Origin: Bacteroidia bacterium
Lineage (GTDB): Bacteria > Bacteroidota > Bacteroidia > NS11-12g > UBA9320
Direction: 5' to 3'
DNA: 64,000 nt
Assembly: GCA_965216465.1 (NCBI GenBank)
Contig: CBDCFW010000002.1
Coordinates: forward strand, 48,747-112,746
Position numbers and translations under genes: made by a program. The first letter of the stretch is position 1. The number at the start of each line of letters is the position of its first letter. This document shows positions 39,161 to 49,065 of the stretch, piece after piece. The notes below the pieces were generated by a model. The model saw nothing but the letters and a program-made list of their open reading frames with translations, was not told the origin of the DNA and did not search any database.

Positions 39161-40567
39161 ATGAATACGAATCAAAAATATATTAGAGTAGTTGGCTTTT
39201 TGGTGTTGGTGATGGCATTTATGGGTTGTGAAAGAGAGTTGTCAGATGATGCTGTTCTGCCTTCTTTTTCTACAACAGCAGAAATCTTTTTAGATGATTT
39301 TATTGGTTTAGGAACAGATTTTTATCTGCCTTTCGCCGATGCGAAACCAGATGTATTTTCGGTAGACCGCTCAGAAGGATTTGAGAGCAACGCATCAATA
39401 AGAATTGATGTACCTAATGCAACAGACCCTTCAGGAAGTTATGCCGGAGCAATTTTTAGAGTTGATGGTCCGGGTAGAGACTTAACAGGATATGACGTTT
39501 TAACGTTTTATGTTAAAGCTTCACAGGGCATAAGTTTAGGAAGCGTGGGGCTTGGTCTAAACTATGAGGGAGATGCATATCGTGTCGCCTTAAATAATGT
39601 TAATGTCGGTACAAATTGGACTAAAATTACCGTTCCAATTCCGGATCCTTCAAAATTAAGTGAAGAGCGCGGATTGTTTTGGTTCGCTGCTGGAACCCAA
39701 GGAACTAACGGATCGGGATATGCACTATGGTTTGATGAGATTAAATACGAAAAGATGCCTACTATTCGACAAGTAAGTTCTGAAATTTTTGATGGGAACA
39801 ACAATTCAGTAAAGGCATTTACAGGATCATCGTTAACCATAACAGGGTTAAATCAAGTTTTTAATTTGGAGAATGGCGAAGATGTAATATCAACTGCAGC
39901 ACCAGCATACTATGAATTCGTATCAACAGATACCGCAGTAGCCAAAGTTAATGCGTTGGGAGAAGTTGACGTTGTTGGAGCTGGAAATGCAGAAATAACA
40001 GCCTCATTAGCAGGTGAGCCTTCTTTGGGCAAAGTGAGCATTGAATCGTTAGGACCATTGCCACCATCACCGGTGCCTACAAGAGCCGCAGCCGATGTTT
40101 TATCTATTTTCAGTGATGCTTATTCGACTGCTACGGTTCCAAACTTTACACCCGGATTTGGAGGTTCAACTACCGAAACAACAGTGTTAACGACAAGCAA
40201 TGGAGAAGTTTTGCAGTATACAAGTAATAACTTTACAGGAATCATGTTTGTTGATGATCTTTTAGATGGAAGTGCAATGAATTACCTCCATATAGATGCA
40301 TATGTTCAACAGGCTGGAGTTTCGATTGGTGTACAAATTAGAGATGTAGGTCCAAATCAGAATATCGAAACCAATATATTCAATGGGTTGCCAGAAGGAG
40401 ATGATAAAGATTATCGAGCCACTTTGAACGGATTCCAAGTTGGGGTATGGAAATCATTTGATATTCCTCTAGCCGGAAACATTGCAAACCAGAAGAATAA
40501 CTTGGGAGCTATTATTATTACGGATGGACCAAACTTCATTTTAGACAACATATATTTTTACAAGTAA
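39161..40567 (+). CDS. Surface lipoprotein with CBM-like, Ig-like (Big2) and glycan-binding modules
   Basis: Start ATG 39161, FMGC lipobox; STDTAVAKVNALGEV Big2 motif; C-terminal module (VLSIFSDAY...LDNIYFYK) resembles the repeats of 33079-34920. Confidence 0.75.
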   Translation: MNTNQKYIRVVGFLVLVMAFMGCERELSDDAVLPSFSTTAEIFLDDFIGLGTDFYLPFADAKPDVFSVDRSEGFESNASIRIDVPNATDPSGSYAGAIFRVDGPGRDLTGYDVLTFYVKASQGISLGSVGLGLNYEGDAYRVALNNVNVGTNWTKITVPIPDPSKLSEERGLFWFAAGTQGTNGSGYALWFDEIKYEKMPTIRQVSSEIFDGNNNSVKAFTGSSLTITGLNQVFNLENGEDVISTAAPAYYEFVSTDTAVAKVNALGEVDVVGAGNAEITASLAGEPSLGKVSIESLGPLPPSPVPTRAAADVLSIFSDAYSTATVPNFTPGFGGSTTETTVLTTSNGEVLQYTSNNFTGIMFVDDLLDGSAMNYLHIDAYVQQAGVSIGVQIRDVGPNQNIETNIFNGLPEGDDKDYRATLNGFQVGVWKSFDIPLAGNIANQKNNLGAIIITDGPNFILDNIYFYK

Positions 40568-40570
40568 GTT

Positions 40571-41398
40571 ATGAAGAGATTTAGCAAAGCAGAAATTTTC
40601 ATCTTTAGCGTAGCCTTAATATTTGCTTTAGGAGTAAGCAGTTGTAATGATCAAAGTGGGGTCACTGTTCCAGAAAGAAATTACGAATTAGTTTGGAGTG
40701 ACGAATTTAATGACGATCAAGGTTCGTCTGTAGATCCAACCAAATGGGCCTTTGATATTGGAAGAGGAGGAAATGGCTGGGGAAACAATGAACTTCAAAG
40801 CTATACAGATAACACCAATAACGTTGCACATGATGGTGAAGGAAACCTTGTTATAACTGCACGAAAAAGCGGAAGTTCATACACTTCAGGAAGAATAAAA
40901 ACCAAAGACCTCTATACTCAACAATATGGTAGAGTAGAGGCACGTATAAAAACACCTCGTGGCCATGGAATGTGGCCAGCGTTTTGGATGCTAGGACAGA
41001 ATATTGATGAAGTAGGTTGGCCCAAGTGTGGTGAGATAGACATTATGGAGCAGAAAGGTCAATATCCTTTTACGACTCATGGTAGTTTGCACGGCCCTAG
41101 CTATTTTGCTGGTAATGCGGTGACAAATACCATGAGATTAGATACCGGAAATTTTACAGACGATTTTTATGTTTATGCCGTTGAATGGGGTGAAGACTAC
41201 ATTGATTTCTTTGTCGATGACGAACTATATCATAGAACAACAGCAACTCGTGTGCCTGGAGATTGGGTGTATAATCAACCATTTTTTCTAATTTTAAACC
41301 TTGCAGTTGGTGGAAGTTTTGTTGGTCCACCCAATGACAATACCCCATTCCCAGGGTCTATGTATGTTGATTACGTAAGAGTTTACAAAGAGATCTAG
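40571..41398 (+). CDS. GH16 endo-beta-1,3-glucanase (laminarinase), lipoprotein
   Basis: LVWSDEF, GWGNNELQSY, WPAFWMLG, catalytic EIDIME, LILNLAVGG, VDYVRVY; SSC lipobox. Confidence 0.93.
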   Translation: MKRFSKAEIFIFSVALIFALGVSSCNDQSGVTVPERNYELVWSDEFNDDQGSSVDPTKWAFDIGRGGNGWGNNELQSYTDNTNNVAHDGEGNLVITARKSGSSYTSGRIKTKDLYTQQYGRVEARIKTPRGHGMWPAFWMLGQNIDEVGWPKCGEIDIMEQKGQYPFTTHGSLHGPSYFAGNAVTNTMRLDTGNFTDDFYVYAVEWGEDYIDFFVDDELYHRTTATRVPGDWVYNQPFFLILNLAVGGSFVGPPNDNTPFPGSMYVDYVRVYKEI

Positions 41399-41412
41399 AC
41401 CTTTAAAGATTT

Positions 41413-44400
41413 ATGCAAACGAGCACAATGGAATCTCAAGAAGTGGAAATTGATATTAGCAGAACCATCATTGATGGTGAGAAATTCTTCCGAATTACAA
41501 ACCATGACTTCATGCGTCCGTTTTTTATGAGCATTGTTAGCGATTCGAATCACTGGATGTTTATATCAAGCAATGGTGGATTAACTGCTGGAAGAAAAAA
41601 TTCTGAATATGCTCTATTTCCGTATTACACAGATGATAAAATAACTGAATCATCAGAGACAACAGGTTCAAAAACGATTATTAGGGTCAAAGGAGAAGGC
41701 AAAACTCATGTTTGGGAGCCTTTTTCAGTTCGCTCCGATGGATTCTATTCAACAACTCGAAACTTGTACAAAAATATCTTTGGCAACAAGATAATTTTTG
41801 AAGAGATCAATCACGATTTAGAGCTGGTATTCAGATATAAGTGGTCTTCAAGCAACAGGTTTGGTTTTGTTCGCAAGGCATGGATCGAGAATATCTCAAA
41901 TGAAGAAAAAGAATTCTCCTTTGTTGATGGCATACAAAATATTATGCCGGCGGCTGTTGGATCTGATATACAAAATACAACCAGCAACCTTGTCGATGCA
42001 TACAAGAGAAGCGAGCTAATCAAAAAAGTTGGTCTAGGGATATATGCTTTAAGTGCAGTTATTGTCGACAAGGCAGAACCTAGCGAAGCTCTAAAGTCGA
42101 ATGTGGTATGGTCTTACGGATTAGATGCTCCTATGTATCTACTTTCGACCTTGCAACTTACCAAGTTTAGAAAGGGGCTTCCATTAAAAGAAGAAACAGA
42201 TGTAAAAGCTGAAAAAGGAGCCTATTTTCTTCAATCCTCAGCGGTGCTAAAGCCTGGGGATTCCAAACAATGGACCATTTTAGCTGATGTGAACAAAGAT
42301 CATCGATCGATAGCGCAGCTTGTTCATGATATTAAGTCTAATCCCTCAATAGCTGAAGTTGTAAATTCAAATATTGATTTGGGTACAAAACGGCTCACAG
42401 CGTTGAATGCTTCTGCAGATGGACTTCAGTTAACTGCAGATAAGTTCAAAAATGCAAGGCATTATTCAAACACGTTGTTTAATGTTATGCGGGGAGGAGT
42501 GTTTGATAACAATTACAAGATTGAAAAACGTGATTTTACGAATTATATAAAAGCGGCAAATACGCGAGTGTATGAGCGTCAACAAGGCACGATTGAGTCG
42601 CTAAAATCAGAATTTTCATGGTTTGATTTGAATGATATTTCAAAGTCTACCACTGACATGGACTTTAAGAGGCTTTGTACAGAATACATGCCTTTAAAAT
42701 TTAGCCGTAGACATGGTGATCCGAGTAGACCATGGAATAAATTCTCGATAAACACAAGAAGTGAGATTGACGGTTCTAAGATTTTAGATTATGAGGGAAA
42801 TTGGCGAGACATATTTCAAAATTGGGAGGCATTGGCATTGTCGTTTCCTGCTTTTTCAGAAAGCATGATCTACAAGTTTTTAAATGCTTCCACCTTTGAA
42901 GGGTACAACCCTTATCGCGTTACCAAAGACGGTTTCGATTGGGAAACAATCGAGCCAGATAACCCTTGGTCGTATATCGGATATTGGGGTGATCACCAAA
43001 TTATATATCTATTAAAACTCTTAGAGCTTACAGATAAACATTATCCGAATAAACTTAAAGGCTATTTTGATGAAGAGAGCTTTGTTTATGCGAATGTTCC
43101 GTATAAAATTAAGAGTTATGAGCAGATTTTAGAAAACCCGAAGGATACCATAGAGTTTGACGAAAATCTTGATGCTGATATCAGGCGAAGAAGGTTAGAA
43201 ATAGGTGGCGATGCAGCACTCGTACAAGATGAGAATGCGGCCATTTACAAGGTTACGTTTATTGAGAAAATGCTAGCTATGGTGTTGTCTAAGTTGTCTA
43301 ATTTTATTCCTGAAGGCGGCATTTGGATGAATACACAACGACCTGAATGGAATGACGCAAACAATGCCTTAGTCGGCAATGGGGTTTCGATGGTAACACT
43401 ATATTACCTGAGAAGATTTTTGGTGTTCTTCCAAAAACAAATCTCAGAAGGAACACAAGAACGTGTTGCGGTTTCTAACGAATTAATCATCTTCTATAAA
43501 AAGGTGAGAGAAACGTTTGAAGAAAACAAAGCTCTGTTAGTCGGTTCAATAGGCGATGAAGATCGACGTGCAATTCTCGATGCGGTAGGATTAGCCGGTA
43601 GCAAATACAGAGAACACATTTACAAGCAAGGCTTTTGGGGTGAAAAACGTACGATTTCGTATAGCGGCTTAAATCGTTTTGTTTCTCTGAGCTTAGACTT
43701 TATAGATCACAGTATTCAAGCCAATATTCGAAAAGATGGTCTTTATCATGCGTATAATCTGATGACTGTCGAAAATGAAAAGAGTGTTAGCATTTCATAT
43801 CTCAATGAAATGCTCGAGGGACAAGTTGCAGTGTTAAGCTCTGGTTTCCTTTCACCTATTGAAGCGCTAGAAGTACTCAATGCACTGAAGCAAAGTGCGT
43901 TATTTAGAGACAATCAGTACAGCTACTTGCTATATCCGGAAAAGGATTTAGCAGGATTTATGGATCGCAATACAATTCCGGCTTCGGAAGTAGAAAAATC
44001 TCAATTATTAACTGCTCTGATCGAGAAGAACAACGATCAAGTAATTACCAAAGATGTTAATGGAGAATATCACTTCAATGGGAATTTTAAGAATGCTGCT
44101 GATCTCAAATCAGCCTTGAATAGATTAGAAGGAACTGAATTTTCATCTTTAGCCAAAGAAGAATCAGCTAGTGTTTTGGCCATATTTGAAAAAGTATTTA
44201 ATCACAAATCATTTACCGGGAGGTCTGGAACCTTTTATGGGTATGAAGGATTAGGCTCGATATATTGGCACATGGTTTCTAAGCTCTTGTTAGCAGTTCA
44301 AGAGGTTTGCCTACAAGCTGTTGAGGCTGAAGAGAGTGATAAAACGATTGGAAAATTACTTGAGCATTATTATGAGATTTACGCTGGACTTGGTGTTCAC

Positions 44401-44865
44401 AAATCTCCTGAATTGTATGGAGCTTTTCCTACTGACCCCTATTCGCATACACCAGCTGGAAAAGGTGCCCAACAGCCAGGAATGACAGGCCAAGTTAAGG
44501 AAGATGTACTATGCAGGTTTGGAGAGTTAGGCGTTTTTGTCAACGAGGGAAACATAATGTTTTATCCTTGTCTACTGCTTAAAGACGAGTTCATTAAGAA
44601 ACCTCGCACATTTGAGTTCGTTGATATTGAAGGCAATGAGCAAAGCGTCAATCTAAACATCGGCTCGCTGGCATTTACTTACTGTCAGGTGCCTGTTGTT
44701 TACATCATTGCAGATAAGGGCCGACTAGAGATTGAAAAGAATGATGGCAGCTTATTGGTAAATAATTCTCTCAAGCTCGACAAAAGCGTGAGTAGAGAAA
44801 TGTTTAGCAGAACAGGTGTTATTAGCAAAATAACTGTTTATGTGGATGAGTCCATTTTAAAATAG
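41413..44865 (+). CDS. GH149 beta-1,3-glucan phosphorylase
   Basis: 1150 aa, no signal peptide; RRHGDPSRPWN, YEGNWRDIFQNWE, EWNDANNAL, YEGLGSIYWHM, GAQQPGMTGQVKE; laminarin-locus context. Confidence 0.85.
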   Translation: MQTSTMESQEVEIDISRTIIDGEKFFRITNHDFMRPFFMSIVSDSNHWMFISSNGGLTAGRKNSEYALFPYYTDDKITESSETTGSKTIIRVKGEGKTHVWEPFSVRSDGFYSTTRNLYKNIFGNKIIFEEINHDLELVFRYKWSSSNRFGFVRKAWIENISNEEKEFSFVDGIQNIMPAAVGSDIQNTTSNLVDAYKRSELIKKVGLGIYALSAVIVDKAEPSEALKSNVVWSYGLDAPMYLLSTLQLTKFRKGLPLKEETDVKAEKGAYFLQSSAVLKPGDSKQWTILADVNKDHRSIAQLVHDIKSNPSIAEVVNSNIDLGTKRLTALNASADGLQLTADKFKNARHYSNTLFNVMRGGVFDNNYKIEKRDFTNYIKAANTRVYERQQGTIESLKSEFSWFDLNDISKSTTDMDFKRLCTEYMPLKFSRRHGDPSRPWNKFSINTRSEIDGSKILDYEGNWRDIFQNWEALALSFPAFSESMIYKFLNASTFEGYNPYRVTKDGFDWETIEPDNPWSYIGYWGDHQIIYLLKLLELTDKHYPNKLKGYFDEESFVYANVPYKIKSYEQILENPKDTIEFDENLDADIRRRRLEIGGDAALVQDENAAIYKVTFIEKMLAMVLSKLSNFIPEGGIWMNTQRPEWNDANNALVGNGVSMVTLYYLRRFLVFFQKQISEGTQERVAVSNELIIFYKKVRETFEENKALLVGSIGDEDRRAILDAVGLAGSKYREHIYKQGFWGEKRTISYSGLNRFVSLSLDFIDHSIQANIRKDGLYHAYNLMTVENEKSVSISYLNEMLEGQVAVLSSGFLSPIEALEVLNALKQSALFRDNQYSYLLYPEKDLAGFMDRNTIPASEVEKSQLLTALIEKNNDQVITKDVNGEYHFNGNFKNAADLKSALNRLEGTEFSSLAKEESASVLAIFEKVFNHKSFTGRSGTFYGYEGLGSIYWHMVSKLLLAVQEVCLQAVEAEESDKTIGKLLEHYYEIYAGLGVHKSPELYGAFPTDPYSHTPAGKGAQQPGMTGQVKEDVLCRFGELGVFVNEGNIMFYPCLLLKDEFIKKPRTFEFVDIEGNEQSVNLNIGSLAFTYCQVPVVYIIADKGRLEIEKNDGSLLVNNSLKLDKSVSREMFSRTGVISKITVYVDESILK

Positions 44866-44866
44866 C

Positions 44867-46147
44867 ATGATGAAAAACAGAATTCGCTCATATCAAATTA
44901 TCTTACTTGTAATGGTTATTTGGTCATGCAATTCACAATCAGAACAAAAAGACAAACTACAACATATGAATACAACTACTGCTTCTCAAATATTAGGCAA
45001 CTCAAAAACCAAGGCGATAAGCTATGGGGGATATCGGGGTACAAGCAGAGATGAACAACCGACTATTGATCAATTGAAGCAAGACATGAGAATCTTGTCG
45101 TCCATAAACATAAATTTGCTGCGTACGTACAATGTGCAATTCGAGCATGCTGGTAATGTACTTCAGGCAATTAGCGAGCTAAAAGCTGAAGACTCGACTT
45201 TCGAAATGCATGTCATGTTGGGAGCATGGATCGATTGTGAAAATGCCTGGACGGATACAACGCCCAATCACAATGCTGAAGACAGAGAAGGAAATACAGC
45301 TGAAATCGCTCGTACTGTTGACTTAGCAAAAAAGTACCCTGACATTGTTAAAATAATTGCGGTTGGAAATGAGGCTATGGTAAAGTGGGCTCACAATTAC
45401 TATGTGCAACCTGGTGTCATTCTTGGTTGGGTAAATCATCTTCAAAAGCTGAAAGCCGAGGGTGAGCTAGATAAAGACCTCTGGATAACTAGCTCTGACA
45501 ACTTTGCATCGTGGGGTGGAGGAGATTCCAGTTATCACGTAAAAGATTTAGAACAACTAATTAAGGCCGTAGATTTTGTGTCGCTCCATACCTACCCTAT
45601 GCACGACACACACTTCAATCCAAGCTTTTGGGGTGTCATGGACGCCGAACTTCATCTTTCACCAGAAGAAACTCTAGATGCGGTTATGGAGCGTGCTTTG
45701 CTTTATGCTAAGAAACAGTATGCCAACACGGTTAGTTATGTTCATAGCATAGATAGCACCAAGCCAGTTCATATCGGTGAAACAGGATGGGCTAGCAAAT
45801 CATCAGGCTATTATGGCGAAAATGGCTCAAAGGCTTGCGATGAATACAAGCAAGGTGAGTACTATAAGAAGATTAGAAATTGGACAGACAAAGCAGGAAT
45901 AACGTGTTTCTATTTTGAAGCTTTTGATGAAAAATGGAAGGATGCAGCAAACCAGAACGGCTCAGAAAATCACTTTGGTCTATTTACCGCGGATGGAAAA
46001 GCCAAATATGCGGTGTGGAATGAAATAGAGAAAGACGGTTTTAACGATTTAACAAGAGATGGCAATCCGATTACAAAAACCTATTCGGGAAGTGTTGATT
46101 CGCTGTTGCTTGAAGTAGAACTGCCATTGATAAAACAACTTAAATAG
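44867..46147 (+). CDS. GH17 beta-1,3-glucanase/glucosidase, lipoprotein
   Basis: WSC lipobox; ISYGGYR, LLRTY, IAVGNEAM, IGETGW, YFEAFDEKWK, ENHFGLF. Confidence 0.88.
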   Translation: MMKNRIRSYQIILLVMVIWSCNSQSEQKDKLQHMNTTTASQILGNSKTKAISYGGYRGTSRDEQPTIDQLKQDMRILSSININLLRTYNVQFEHAGNVLQAISELKAEDSTFEMHVMLGAWIDCENAWTDTTPNHNAEDREGNTAEIARTVDLAKKYPDIVKIIAVGNEAMVKWAHNYYVQPGVILGWVNHLQKLKAEGELDKDLWITSSDNFASWGGGDSSYHVKDLEQLIKAVDFVSLHTYPMHDTHFNPSFWGVMDAELHLSPEETLDAVMERALLYAKKQYANTVSYVHSIDSTKPVHIGETGWASKSSGYYGENGSKACDEYKQGEYYKKIRNWTDKAGITCFYFEAFDEKWKDAANQNGSENHFGLFTADGKAKYAVWNEIEKDGFNDLTRDGNPITKTYSGSVDSLLLEVELPLIKQLK

Positions 46148-46152
46148 ATCGA

Positions 46153-47634
46153 TTGAAAAAACTTCCAATCATATCAGCTTTAGTGTTTTTGATGGCTTGC
46201 CAAAACAAAATGAATTTGAATGTAAATGTATACCAAACTTCAGCTGGTGGAGACCAACTTTCGCCAAAAACGGAATTTGTGCTCTCCGGTTCTCTTTCTT
46301 CAATTGTAATTAAGCCGGAAGAAAAGTTTCAAACGATTTTAGGCTTTGGTGGTTCGTTTACCGAGTCTTCGGCTTACCTTTTAAACGGTCTTAGTGAAGA
46401 CAAGAGAAATGAAGTTTTACAAGCTTATTTTGGTGATGACGGAGCAAGATATTCATTGACCAGAACGCATATGAACTCGTGCGACTTCTCATTGACTCAG
46501 TATTCTTATGCACCTGAGGAGGATCTATCGCTTGACAGCTTTTCAATACACGAAGATCTAGACGACATTGTACCCATGATTAAAGATGCGATGGATGTTA
46601 GTTCTGATGGATTTAAATTGATTAGCTCTCCATGGACCGCTCCGCCGTGGATGAAAGACAATAACAGTTATGTTGGCGGTAAACTACTTCCTAAATACTA
46701 CGATACATGGGCCCTGTTCTTTTCAAAGTACTTAGATGCTTATAGTTCGGAAGGAATTGATATTTGGGGATTTACAGTAGAAAACGAGCCTCATGGCAAC
46801 GGGAATAACTGGGAGAGTATGCTTTATTCACCGAAAGAAATGACCGACTTCGTTCGCGAGCACTTGGGTCCAAGATTAGAGCAGGATGGTTATGGCGACA
46901 AGATAATTCTCGGTTACGACCAAAACCGTGCAGGTTTGCAAGAATGGGTCGATGAAATGTATAAAGACGAAGCCTCAAGTAAGTACTTTGATGGTGTTGC
47001 TATCCATTGGTATGAAAGCACATTCGAGGTGTTTCCTGATGCACTTCAATACGCACATAACAAAGCTCCAAATAAATACATAATTGAGACAGAAGGCTGT
47101 GTAGATTCTGAAGTTCCTAAATGGAAGGGTGATAAATGGTATTGGTCTAAAGAAGCAACCGATTGGGGATGGGATTGGGCACGTGAAGAAGAAAAATACT
47201 TACACCCGAAATATGCCCCAGCTAATCGCTATGCAAGAGATATTATTGGATGTCTAAACAACTGGGTTGAAGGGTGGATTGACTGGAACATGGTTTTAGA
47301 CAAACAAGGTGGTCCCAATTGGTTTAAGAATTGGTGTGCGGCCCCTGTCCTGGTAGATACTGAAACTGACGAGGTGTACTATACTCCGTTGTACTATGTC
47401 ATGGCACATTTCAGTAAGTATATCCGTCCAGGAGCAACCCGAATAGGAATTGAAACCAGCGATGATGAGCTACAAGCTAGTGCTGCTCAAAATACAGACG
47501 GTCAGATTGTTGTGGTAGTTTTTAATGAGGGATTGACGGCTAAATCGTTCAGGTTGGAAATTAACGGTGTAAGCACAGAAATTTTGATAGAAGCTCAGGC
47601 CATACAAACCATATTAACTCAACAAAACGAATAA
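46153..47634 (+). CDS. GH30 (GH30_1-like) beta-1,6-glucosidase/glucanase, lipoprotein
   Basis: TTG start, MAC lipobox; GFGGSFTE, SPWTAPPWMK, TVENEP, IETEGC, WIDWNMVLD, HFSKYIRPGA. Confidence 0.88.
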   Translation: MKKLPIISALVFLMACQNKMNLNVNVYQTSAGGDQLSPKTEFVLSGSLSSIVIKPEEKFQTILGFGGSFTESSAYLLNGLSEDKRNEVLQAYFGDDGARYSLTRTHMNSCDFSLTQYSYAPEEDLSLDSFSIHEDLDDIVPMIKDAMDVSSDGFKLISSPWTAPPWMKDNNSYVGGKLLPKYYDTWALFFSKYLDAYSSEGIDIWGFTVENEPHGNGNNWESMLYSPKEMTDFVREHLGPRLEQDGYGDKIILGYDQNRAGLQEWVDEMYKDEASSKYFDGVAIHWYESTFEVFPDALQYAHNKAPNKYIIETEGCVDSEVPKWKGDKWYWSKEATDWGWDWAREEEKYLHPKYAPANRYARDIIGCLNNWVEGWIDWNMVLDKQGGPNWFKNWCAAPVLVDTETDEVYYTPLYYVMAHFSKYIRPGATRIGIETSDDELQASAAQNTDGQIVVVVFNEGLTAKSFRLEINGVSTEILIEAQAIQTILTQQNE

Positions 47635-47637
47635 ATT

Positions 47638-49053
47638 TTGAATGCAATAACGAATAACAAAGTACCAATGGGGCAAAAAATTGCCTTTGGTCTAGGAATG
47701 CTTGCGAATCAAATGTTTCCTGCAGTGATGGGAATATTTATGGTCGTTTTAGTACAAGACCTCGGTTTCCCAGGTTGGATGTGGGGAGTGATCTTTTTTC
47801 TTCCTCGGGTATTTGATTCCATTACAGACCCTATCATGGGATTTATCTCAGACAATACCAAATCAAAGTGGGGTAGGCGCAGGCAGTATGTGTTTATCGG
47901 AGCCTTGATTATGGGCATTTCCTTCTGTGTTTTGTGGCAGCTGTACAAGTCGAATACAGTTGAATACAACTTTGTTTATTTCATGTGCTGGTCGTTTGTT
48001 TTTTACCTAGGATTAACCATTTTCAGTGTTCCCTATGTTGCTATGGGCTACGAAATGAGCGACGACTTTCACGAAAGAACGAGCATAATGGCTGTTGCAC
48101 AATGGATAGGTCAATGGGCATGGGTAATAGCCCCTTGGTTATGGGTAATTATGTATGATAAAGGCTGGTTTGATTCTGCTGAAGTGGCAACACGTACTTT
48201 AGCAGTATGGGTTGGAATAATTTTTATGCTCTGTGCTATGGTTCCTGCAATTTTTATAAAGAGTCGATCTACATTAGATGAAGACTACATGCCAATAAAT
48301 TTAAAAAATGTAGGAGGGAGCCTAACCTACATTTTTAATGGATTTATAGAAGCTTTTAAGATAAAGCCATTCCGAAAACTGTGTATTTCAACGTTTCTCA
48401 TCTTCAATGCATTTAATACGGTAGCAACATTTACTTTCTTCATAATTGTGTATCACCTTTTTAATGGAGATGACGGAGCAGCAGGTATTTGGCCAACATT
48501 GTTTGGAAGTATAGGAGCGTTAATTACGACGTTCTTAGTCATACCAACCGTGGCATTTATGTCGAAGCGTTTGGGCAAAAAGAGGGCGTTTATTTGGTCA
48601 CAAGGCATCTCAATAGTTGGTTACATTATGCTCTGGTTTCTGTTGATTCCAGGTAGACCGTATATGTTCATATTCACCTTGCCATTTTTTTCTTTTGGAA
48701 TTGGAAGCCTATTTACTTTAATGATGTCGATGACTGCAGATGTTATTGACCTCGACGATTTAAATACAGGCCAAAGACGTGAGGGAATATTTGGTGCTAT
48801 TTACTGGTGGATGGTGAAATTTGGTTTTGCAATAGCAGGATTAGCAAGTGGTGCAATTTTATCGTTAGTTGGATTTGATGCCAATTTAGATGTACAACCC
48901 GATGGTGCCATTACAGGACTGCGGCTGTTCTTTTCAGGACTACCAATCGCCGGTACGCTGATAGCCATCGCGGTAATGTGGAATTATGATGTAACCGAAG
49001 AAAAAGCGAAAAAAGTAAGTGCCGCTTTAAAGGCAAGAGCAGAATCTGAATAA
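47638..49053 (+). CDS. MFS transporter, GPH (glycoside-pentoside-hexuronide) family
   Basis: DSITDPIMGFISDNTKSKWGRRR, TGQRREGIF, about 12 TM helices. Confidence 0.9.
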   Translation: MNAITNNKVPMGQKIAFGLGMLANQMFPAVMGIFMVVLVQDLGFPGWMWGVIFFLPRVFDSITDPIMGFISDNTKSKWGRRRQYVFIGALIMGISFCVLWQLYKSNTVEYNFVYFMCWSFVFYLGLTIFSVPYVAMGYEMSDDFHERTSIMAVAQWIGQWAWVIAPWLWVIMYDKGWFDSAEVATRTLAVWVGIIFMLCAMVPAIFIKSRSTLDEDYMPINLKNVGGSLTYIFNGFIEAFKIKPFRKLCISTFLIFNAFNTVATFTFFIIVYHLFNGDDGAAGIWPTLFGSIGALITTFLVIPTVAFMSKRLGKKRAFIWSQGISIVGYIMLWFLLIPGRPYMFIFTLPFFSFGIGSLFTLMMSMTADVIDLDDLNTGQRREGIFGAIYWWMVKFGFAIAGLASGAILSLVGFDANLDVQPDGAITGLRLFFSGLPIAGTLIAIAVMWNYDVTEEKAKKVSAALKARAESE

Positions 49054-49065
49054 AAATTCAATAAA

